Assembly: GCA_024710355.1 (NCBI GenBank)
Contig: JANJUX010000033.1
Location: forward strand, 22,641 to 86,640
DNA length: 64,000 bases
DNA from: Candidatus Rifleibacteriota bacterium
Lineage (GTDB): Bacteria; Muiribacteriota; Ozemobacteria; Ozemobacterales; Ozemobacteraceae
Direction of reading: 5' to 3'
A model generated the notes under the pieces. It saw nothing but the letters and a program-made list of their open reading frames with translations. It did no database searches and was not told where the DNA came from. A program made the position numbers and the translations under genes. Positions 57,568 through 64,000 of this stretch are shown piece by piece. Every line of letters starts with the position of its first letter. Position 1 is the stretch's first letter.

Positions 57568-57825
57568 TTGAAAAAGGCAGATACCGTAACATTCAAAGTA
57601 GACCCAAACCTTCTCGAAATCCTGCAGGCGATGCCGAACCGCTCAGAATTCATCAGATCAGCGATTCTTAACGCCCTTGACCATGTTTGCCCGCTTTGCA
57701 GCGGTGCTGGCGTGCTTTCACCCTCACAGAAAAAGTGCTGGGACAAGTTCGCCGAAAAACATGAGATCAAAAAATGCTCCGAAACAGATCAACTGCTGTT
57801 TCTGTGCAATGTCGAATCAGACTAA
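57568..57825 (+). CDS. Small ribbon-helix-helix (CopG-like) protein with a C-terminal Cys cluster. Candidate metal-responsive regulator of znuABC.
   Basis: The start is TTG with GGAGG 6 nt upstream. NRSEFIRSAILNALDHV is RHH-like. The C-terminus reads CPLCSGAG...KKCWDKF...KKCSETDQLLFLC. Confidence 0.5.
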   Translation: MKKADTVTFKVDPNLLEILQAMPNRSEFIRSAILNALDHVCPLCSGAGVLSPSQKKCWDKFAEKHEIKKCSETDQLLFLCNVESD

Positions 57826-57835
57826 CGGCAAATCC

Positions 57836-58888
57836 ATGCAAAAACCCTGGCAGTCCGGTCATAATATTCAGTCACAAGTTCTGCTGCCTGACGGTATCTT
57901 ATTAAACACAGGTTCCAGATTCTTCCGGTTAAATACAGGCCCTCGCTGCCAGGGCCAACGCCATTTTCGAACGCCCGCCCACACCTTTGCGATAACGCTG
58001 CTGACAGTTCTGGCAATTTTTCTGCTGGGCCTTTTGAGGCCGGCAGCTGCCGAGACAGCAACCAGCGGCGCCAGACTCGAGATTTTCGCCAGCATCCTTC
58101 CCCAGAAATTTTTTATCGAAAAGCTCGCCGGCGACCTCGCCAATGTCGAAGTCATGGTCGGGCCGGGCATGTCACCACACACCTACGAACCCCTGCCGCA
58201 GCAGATGAGTCGCATTTCGCGCGCCAGGCTGTTTTTTACCATCGGCGTGCCGTTCGAAAAAACGCTCGAAAAGAAGCTGCAGGCTGTCTGCCCGAATCTG
58301 AAGATCGTTGCAACCAACCGTAACGTAGAATACCGCATGATGGAAAGCAGCGACCAGACGCACGTTCACTCAGAAAGTTGCACGCACGGGCATGGAGAGC
58401 CTGACCCGCACATATGGCTCGACCCGCATCAGGTAATGATTCAGGCAGGCAGCATCGCTGAGGCTCTCAAAGAGAACCTGCCAGAACATCGGTCAGAGAT
58501 CGAAGCCCGGCTGGCGAGCTTTACTGCCGAACTGCAGCGGCTCAGTGACGAACTGGCCACAATTCTTGCACCGGTCAAGGGGCAGACGATGCTGGTATTC
58601 CACCCGGCTTTCGGTTATTTTGCCGACCGTTTTGATCTCAGGCAGCTGGCTATCGAAATCGAGGGCAAGGAACCGGGCCCGCGGCAACTGGCCGAACTTA
58701 TAAGAAAGTGCCGCAACGAAAATATTCATCTGATTTTTGTGCAGCAGCAGTTCCCGGTCGCGGCAGCCAATACGGTTGCCGAAGCCATCAACGGCGCTGT
58801 TGTGCCGATCGACCCGCTTGCCGAAGATTACTTCAACAACCTGCGTCACATCGCCACAGCGGTAAGTGAAGGCCTGACAAAGAAATGA
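57836..58888 (+). CDS. znuA: Zinc ABC transporter substrate-binding protein (TroA/ZnuA family) with a His-rich loop.
   Basis: The His-rich metal loop reads HVHSESCTHGHGEPDPHIWLDP. Cluster-9 SBP architecture is evident. The signal-peptide region is ...FAITLLTVLAIFLLGLLRPAAA. The start is uncertain because the pre-hydrophobic N-region is long. Confidence 0.82.
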   Translation: MQKPWQSGHNIQSQVLLPDGILLNTGSRFFRLNTGPRCQGQRHFRTPAHTFAITLLTVLAIFLLGLLRPAAAETATSGARLEIFASILPQKFFIEKLAGDLANVEVMVGPGMSPHTYEPLPQQMSRISRARLFFTIGVPFEKTLEKKLQAVCPNLKIVATNRNVEYRMMESSDQTHVHSESCTHGHGEPDPHIWLDPHQVMIQAGSIAEALKENLPEHRSEIEARLASFTAELQRLSDELATILAPVKGQTMLVFHPAFGYFADRFDLRQLAIEIEGKEPGPRQLAELIRKCRNENIHLIFVQQQFPVAAANTVAEAINGAVVPIDPLAEDYFNNLRHIATAVSEGLTKK

Positions 58889-59658
58889 GCAGCGCCGACA
58901 TCGTTGTCAGGTTCAAAGACGTTAATTTCGCCTACGAAGACGGCATAACCGTTCTCGAAAGCATCAACCTCGAACTCGAAAAGGGCGAATTTGCCTGTAT
59001 TGTCGGCCCGAACGGCGGCGGCAAAACAACGATGATCAGGCTGATGCTCGGGCTGCTCAAGCCGACTTCCGGGAGCATCGAAATTCTCGGGGGCAAACCG
59101 CGTGAACGATGCCAGCATGTCGGCTATGTGCCACAGTTTTCAAAGTTTGACGCCAGTTTTCCGGTCAGCGTTCTCGATGTGGTGCTGATGGGCTGTATGC
59201 AGCGCAGCTTTTTTATGGGGCGCTATTCAAAGACCCAGAAAGAACAGGCGCAGCAGGCACTTGCCGACGTAGGGCTCAAAGACATGGCCTTTCGCAGTTT
59301 CGCAGATCTTTCAGGCGGGCAAAAGCAGCGGGCCCTGATCGCCAGAGCCCTTATGTCTGAACCGCAGCTGCTGCTGCTCGATGAACCGACCGCCAGCGTC
59401 GACGTGCACGGCACCGAGCAGTTTTACCGCATGTTTTCAGAGATGAACGAAAAATTTACCATCGTCATGGTTTCGCACGACATCGGCTTCGTTGCGGCGA
59501 GCGTCAAAAGTGTCATCTGTGTGCGCAAAACCATGCAGATACACCCGGTTTCTGAGTTGACCGGCGAATCGCTGCAGAAGATGTACGGCCTCGATGTTCA
59601 CCTGATCAGGCACGACCACCGCTGCACCGAAAAGGGGCATGTATGTCCGCATTCATAA
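58885..59658 (+). CDS. znuC: Zinc ABC transporter ATP-binding protein.
   Basis: The motifs GPNGGGKTT, LSGGQKQR and LLLLDEP are present. Confidence 0.9.
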   Translation: MSSADIVVRFKDVNFAYEDGITVLESINLELEKGEFACIVGPNGGGKTTMIRLMLGLLKPTSGSIEILGGKPRERCQHVGYVPQFSKFDASFPVSVLDVVLMGCMQRSFFMGRYSKTQKEQAQQALADVGLKDMAFRSFADLSGGQKQRALIARALMSEPQLLLLDEPTASVDVHGTEQFYRMFSEMNEKFTIVMVSHDIGFVAASVKSVICVRKTMQIHPVSELTGESLQKMYGLDVHLIRHDHRCTEKGHVCPHS

Positions 59659-60503
59659 AAGACCTTATTGAACTGCCATTTCTGCAGAACGCGGTTCTTG
59701 CCGGCATTCTCTGCAGCATTGCCAGCGGCATCGTCGGCACCTGGGTAGTTCTGCGCCGTATCACCTACATCGCCGCCGCCATTTCACATTGCATTCTCGG
59801 TGGTCTCGGCGCCGCCCGCTATTTTTCGGTCGTCTACGACCTGCCCTGGCTGCGGCCGGTTTATGGCGCAATTTTCACGGCTCTGGCGGCGGCGCTGACA
59901 ATCGGCATCATCAGTCTGCGGGCGAAAGAACGTGAAGACACGGTGATCAGCGCTCTCTGGGCAATCGGCATGGCCGTGGGCGTTCTCTTTATCTTCAAAA
60001 CCCCCGGTTACAACGAAGATCTGATGAGCTATCTGTTTGGCAACATTCTCATGGTTTCGCGCGAAGATCTTTTTTTAATCGGCGCACTCGACGTGGTGGT
60101 CGTTGCTTTGACCCTGACTTTTTACAGTCAAACGCTGGCGGTATGCTTCGACGAAGAATTTGCGCGCACCCGCGGTATGGCGGTCGAGTTCTACTATCTG
60201 CTGCTGCTTTGTCTGACAGCTCTTACCGTGGTTCTTACCGTCTCAGTCGTAGGTATTATCATGGTAATAGCCTTGCTCAGCCTGCCGGTAGCCATTGCTT
60301 CGCGGTTTTTTGACCGGGTCTGGAAAATCATGGCCGCATCTATGCTTTTAGGCATATTCTTCACCCTTACCGGTCTGGCAGTCAGCTACACGCCGAATCT
60401 GCCCTCCGGCGCCGTCACTATCGTCATGGCCGGGCTAACCTATCTGATGACTCTGGTTTTCTCAGCTCTGAAAAAACCGGTGCAAAAGACCCCGACCGCC
60501 TGA
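59643..60503 (+). CDS. znuB: Zinc ABC transporter permease.
   Basis: The protein is 286 aa with 8 or more TM helices and has the ZnuB/TroCD-type permease pattern. Confidence 0.88.
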   Translation: MSAFIKDLIELPFLQNAVLAGILCSIASGIVGTWVVLRRITYIAAAISHCILGGLGAARYFSVVYDLPWLRPVYGAIFTALAAALTIGIISLRAKEREDTVISALWAIGMAVGVLFIFKTPGYNEDLMSYLFGNILMVSREDLFLIGALDVVVVALTLTFYSQTLAVCFDEEFARTRGMAVEFYYLLLLCLTALTVVLTVSVVGIIMVIALLSLPVAIASRFFDRVWKIMAASMLLGIFFTLTGLAVSYTPNLPSGAVTIVMAGLTYLMTLVFSALKKPVQKTPTA

Positions 60504-60624
60504 AGCATCATTCTTGATAACAGGTACAGAAACGCAAGATATTTCGGGCCAATTCTCGCGGGCTGACCATTGATTTAATCGTCACTTCGTGTTATTCTGC
60601 CTTGCCCTCAGGAGAACACCCTTT

Positions 60625-61701
60625 ATGATTTTTCAACTGCTCAGATCTTTGCTGGTCCTGACCGGCACCATCGTTGGTGTCGCGGTTGGTTATGCAACGG
60701 CGAGCGATTACCCCTCGATGATCGAGCTCGAAAACCCCGAGTTGACCCTTGCGGCTCTGCTGGGTTTCATCGGTTATCTTTTGTGCTCGATCGCCGGACG
60801 CGAGCTGCATATGTGGCTCGAATCGCAGATCGAACATACCAACAGTTACGAACTGGCCTGGGGTGCCGTGGGCCTGCTGATGGGCCTGATCAGTGCCAAC
60901 CTGCTGTTTTTCCCGGTTTATTTCATAATGTACAAGGGTCTGGGTGAAATCAAAGTCGACAACAAGTACCTTGCAAGTCTGGTGCCGCTGTTCAACCTGA
61001 TGGTGCCACTGACTTTCAACCTTCTCTTTGCCTACCTCGGCGTCAAGATCATTCTCAGATACCGCCGTTACCAGTCAAAAATCAATGCCGAAGGTGTCAC
61101 CGCCCGCTCAAAGATCATCGATACCAGCGCCATCATCGACGGCCGCTTCGCCGATCTTTTCAAGCTCGGCTTTCTTGAAGGCAATATTCTCGTGCCGCGT
61201 TTCGTGGTCAACGAACTGCAGTTTCTCGCCGATGCCGGCGACGACCTCAAGCGCAACAAGGGCCGCAAGGGCCTCAACACGCTCAACCAGCTGAAAACTG
61301 ATTTTCCCGACCATATCGTGATTGCCGAGCAGGATTTCGCAGATATCGCCGAAGTCGATGCCAAGCTGGTCAGGCTGGCTTCCGATCTCAATGCGATTAT
61401 GATAACTCAGGATTACAACCTCAAAAAGGTTGCTGAGCTCGATAAAATACAGGTCCTGAATTTGAATGACCTCGCCAATGCGCTGAAACCGATCTTTATC
61501 AGCGGCGAAGACATTGAAGTTAAAATTGTTAAGAAGGGTAAGGAGCCTTGTCAGGGCGTTGGTTTCCTGTCTGACGGCACCATGGTCGTTGTCGAAGACG
61601 GCGGCGAGCACGTGGGCGAGACAGTGATGACAACCGTAAGCAACATTCTGCAGACCGGCGCCGGGCGGATGGTGTTCTGCCGCATTGGTGACAAAAAGTA
61701 A
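60625..61701 (+). CDS. Integral-membrane PIN + TRAM domain protein (YacL-like).
   Basis: There are 4 N-terminal TM helices. The PIN domain begins IIDTSAIIDGRF...ITQDYNLKKVA. The C-terminal TRAM domain is IEVKIVKKGKEPCQGVGFLSDGTMVVVEDG. AGGAG lies 10 nt before the ATG. Confidence 0.72.
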   Translation: MIFQLLRSLLVLTGTIVGVAVGYATASDYPSMIELENPELTLAALLGFIGYLLCSIAGRELHMWLESQIEHTNSYELAWGAVGLLMGLISANLLFFPVYFIMYKGLGEIKVDNKYLASLVPLFNLMVPLTFNLLFAYLGVKIILRYRRYQSKINAEGVTARSKIIDTSAIIDGRFADLFKLGFLEGNILVPRFVVNELQFLADAGDDLKRNKGRKGLNTLNQLKTDFPDHIVIAEQDFADIAEVDAKLVRLASDLNAIMITQDYNLKKVAELDKIQVLNLNDLANALKPIFISGEDIEVKIVKKGKEPCQGVGFLSDGTMVVVEDGGEHVGETVMTTVSNILQTGAGRMVFCRIGDKK

Positions 61702-61723
61702 AGGCTCTTTCAGAGGAGTAAGC

Positions 61724-62509
61724 ATGGGTATTCGGGTTAAAGAAATCATGGACAAAAACCCGGTCATCGTCGATCACAAACAGACGATTTTCGGGCTGCG
61801 CGAGATTGTGATTCTGAGGCAGCCAGAATGTATTCTCGTCATTGACGGCGAAAAAAAACTGGTTGGTATAATGACCCCAACGCATCTGGCGACCATCGCC
61901 GATGTCGACATTGAAGAAACCGTGACTGCCGTCATGGAACGCAAGTTCAGACGGGTCAACGCCAACATGTCGGTGCGCGAAGCGGCGGCGCTGCTGTCTG
62001 CCAGCGAGCTTGAGGCCCTGCCGGTCGTCGACAACAACGACGACCTCGTCGGCGTCGTCACCTACAAAGACATCGTCAAAGACCTTGTCGAAGATCATGA
62101 AGATCAGATGCTGACGCCCGAAAGCGCCGTCATCTATCTGGCCATGACCAAAGACCCCGAACAGGAAGAATACTGGCTGCAGAAGGTCAACAACAAGGGT
62201 TACCGCGCTGCGATCACGCAGGTCGGCGCCACTGCCGAAAAGCTGCCGATCAAGCTGCGCGAAGCCACGATCGTTGCTGCCATCGCCCGTTCGGTTATCA
62301 AAGAAGATTCACGCGAAAAGTTCTCGGTCAGTAATGCTGTCAGAGACATTTTCAGTCAGTGCTACACCATCAACCCGGGTCTTGGCGGTGGCTTCAAAGT
62401 CGCTATCGTCAGAGGCGAGGGAAGAATCGCCGTTGCCGCGTTCGGCCGCTGTGGCCATGCTCTTTCGAACGGCAACGAGCAAATTTTCATGGGGAGTAAC
62501 ATCATTTAA
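61724..62509 (+). CDS. CBS-domain pair protein.
   Basis: Two CBS motifs are present (IVDHKQTIFGLREI...LVGIMTPTHL and ...ALPVVDNNDDLVGVVTYKDI). GAGGAG lies before the ATG. Confidence 0.7.
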   Translation: MGIRVKEIMDKNPVIVDHKQTIFGLREIVILRQPECILVIDGEKKLVGIMTPTHLATIADVDIEETVTAVMERKFRRVNANMSVREAAALLSASELEALPVVDNNDDLVGVVTYKDIVKDLVEDHEDQMLTPESAVIYLAMTKDPEQEEYWLQKVNNKGYRAAITQVGATAEKLPIKLREATIVAAIARSVIKEDSREKFSVSNAVRDIFSQCYTINPGLGGGFKVAIVRGEGRIAVAAFGRCGHALSNGNEQIFMGSNII

Positions 62510-63939
62510 TGTCACAGCAGGTTCGTGTCCGCTTTGCTCCATCTCCAACCGGTTATCTGCACGTCGGCGGCGCCCGCACCGCTCTTTTCAACTGGCTCTA
62601 CGCCAGAAAGACCGGCGGCAAGTTCATTCTGCGCATCGAAGACACCGATGTCGAGCGCTCGACCCAGGAATCGGTAGACGGACTGCTGCGCGACATGAAG
62701 TGGCTCGGCCTCACCTGGGATGAAGGCCCCGAAGTTGGCGGCCCGCACGGCCCATACTACCAGTCACAGCGCCTGCACATCTACCAGGAATACGCCCACC
62801 GCCTCGTCGCCAACGGCGCTGCCTACCCCTGCTTCTGCTCTGAAGAAGAACTCGAAGCCAAGCGCCAGAAAGCCGAAGAAGAGCACCGCTCGGTTCACTA
62901 CGACGGAACCTGCCGCCACCTCAGCAAAGAAGAGGTCGACCGCCGCGTCGCTGCCGGTGAACCGCATGTCATCAGAGTTAAAGTGCCCGAAAAAGACTAC
63001 GTGCTCGAAGATCTTGTGCGAGGCCGCGTCGAATGGAAAGCCGAAACCCTCGGTGATTTCATCATTCTGCGCTCGAGCGGCATGCCGGTCTACAATTTCT
63101 GCGTCGTCGTCGACGATGCCGACATGCAGATCAGCCACGTCGTCAGAGCTGAAGAACACCTGACCAACACGCATCGCCAGCTGATTCTTTATGAAGCACT
63201 CGGCATCAAACCGCCGGTTTTCGGCCATGCCTCGCTGATTCTCGGCGAAGACAAGTCGAAACTGTCGAAGCGCCACGGCGCCACCGCCGTCGGCCAGTAT
63301 GCCATCGATGGCTTTCTGCGCGAAGCTCTGATAAACTTTCTCGCCCTGCTCGGCTGGAACGAAGGCAACGATCGCGAAATCTACAGCGTCGAAGAATTGA
63401 TCGAATGCTTCACCCTCGAACGCATCAGCAAATCACCCGGCGTCTTCGATCACAACAAGCTGATCTGGATGAACGGGCAGCACCTGCGCGCCCTGCCGGT
63501 CGACAAGCTCGTGCCGCTCGTCGAGCCATTTCTTAAAAATGCTCTGCCTGATGACCGCCGCCTCGATAACCCCGAAATTCTGCGCAAACTCGTAGAGCTC
63601 GTTCAGATCAAAATGAACGTGCTCACCGACGCCGGCCCGGTTGCCGAATCGGTGCTGCGCGCCAGCCAGCCCGAAAACGAAGAGGCGGCCGCCATGATCG
63701 CCACCGATAAGTCAAAAGCGTTGTTCGCCGCGCTCGCCGAAGAATTCGCAAAGTGTGAATGGGTGCGCGATGGCTACAACGCCGCCATCAAAGCCGCCGG
63801 CAAGACCGCCGAAGCCAAGGGCAAAGACCTGTTCATGCCGATCCGCGTTAAAATCACCGGGTCGTGCCACGGCCCCGAACTGGTCGGCATTCTCGACGTT
63901 CTCGGCCGCGATGAGGTAATCAACCGCCTGAAAAGCTGA
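62509..63939 (+). CDS. gltX: Glutamate--tRNA ligase.
   Basis: The N-terminus reads VRVRFAPSPTGYLHVGGARTALFNWLYAR (HIGH region), and KLSKRHG is the KMSKS motif. Confidence 0.95.
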   Translation: MSQQVRVRFAPSPTGYLHVGGARTALFNWLYARKTGGKFILRIEDTDVERSTQESVDGLLRDMKWLGLTWDEGPEVGGPHGPYYQSQRLHIYQEYAHRLVANGAAYPCFCSEEELEAKRQKAEEEHRSVHYDGTCRHLSKEEVDRRVAAGEPHVIRVKVPEKDYVLEDLVRGRVEWKAETLGDFIILRSSGMPVYNFCVVVDDADMQISHVVRAEEHLTNTHRQLILYEALGIKPPVFGHASLILGEDKSKLSKRHGATAVGQYAIDGFLREALINFLALLGWNEGNDREIYSVEELIECFTLERISKSPGVFDHNKLIWMNGQHLRALPVDKLVPLVEPFLKNALPDDRRLDNPEILRKLVELVQIKMNVLTDAGPVAESVLRASQPENEEAAAMIATDKSKALFAALAEEFAKCEWVRDGYNAAIKAAGKTAEAKGKDLFMPIRVKITGSCHGPELVGILDVLGRDEVINRLKS

Positions 63940-63968
63940 GATTTTCAACCTTTTATATAAGCGACCTA

Positions 63969-64000
63969 CAGGCTCCTGCGTTTGCAGGGGCCTGTTTTTA
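63969..64000 (+). terminator. Rho-independent terminator after gltX.
   Basis: The hairpin is cctgc-gttt-gcagg (extended cagg...cctg), followed by ttttta. Confidence 0.55.

Noticed and set aside
57677-57835. N-terminal extension of znuA back to ATG 57677 (ORF-track start).
   Set aside because: It would overlap the well-formed RHH mini-gene by about 150 nt in another frame. ATG 57836 leaves a normal signal-peptide distance.
1-64000. CRISPR arrays, rRNA genes, integrase/recombinase genes, intact IS elements and prophage structural genes.
   Set aside because: Scanned for regularly spaced short direct repeats, rRNA-like conserved stretches and integrase/transposase motifs. None were found apart from the ISL3 remnant.

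Overview
Chromosomal segment of about 55% GC from a Gram-negative-type bacterium. The window is mostly housekeeping and envelope genes on the + strand: ackA, typA, glyQS, uvrA, radA, znuABC, gltX, an HU gene, an RND efflux operon with a MarR regulator, an SPFH/HflKC trio, a P1B-type ATPase and an RNase II/R homologue. Several accessory or unusual elements interrupt this backbone.

- **tRNA-Leu islet.** A ~2.3 kb AT-rich islet sits at tRNA-Leu(CAA), bounded by 51-bp perfect direct repeats. It carries two type II toxin-antitoxin pairs (ParE/RelE-like with antitoxin, and HicAB) and an ISL3-transposase C-terminal remnant.
- **Unusual PilB/PilT pair.** A PilB/GspE-family protein has an MshEN-like N-terminal domain (putative c-di-GMP receptor) but every ATPase catalytic motif is degenerate. 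It sits directly upstream of an intact PilT that carries a ~125-aa Pro/Ala-rich N-terminal extension.
- **Giant surface-protein module.** A low-GC gene for a BY-kinase-like pseudo-ATPase precedes a 3165-aa secreted protein with two PA14 domains and many Ig/CARDB-like repeats. A minor-pseudopilin operon (prepilin-like, GspK-like, pseudopilin, bitopic membrane protein) lies about 3 kb downstream.
- **CCxxC/SLOG operon.** Two paralogous proteins with an N-terminal CCxxCxLN motif are followed by a SLOG/MoCo-carrier-family protein.
- **Small RHH-plus-Cys protein before znuABC.** It occupies the position where a Zur gene is usually found.

No CRISPR array, rRNA, integrase or intact transposase was found. 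All calls rest on reading the sequence and motif memory; no database search was possible.
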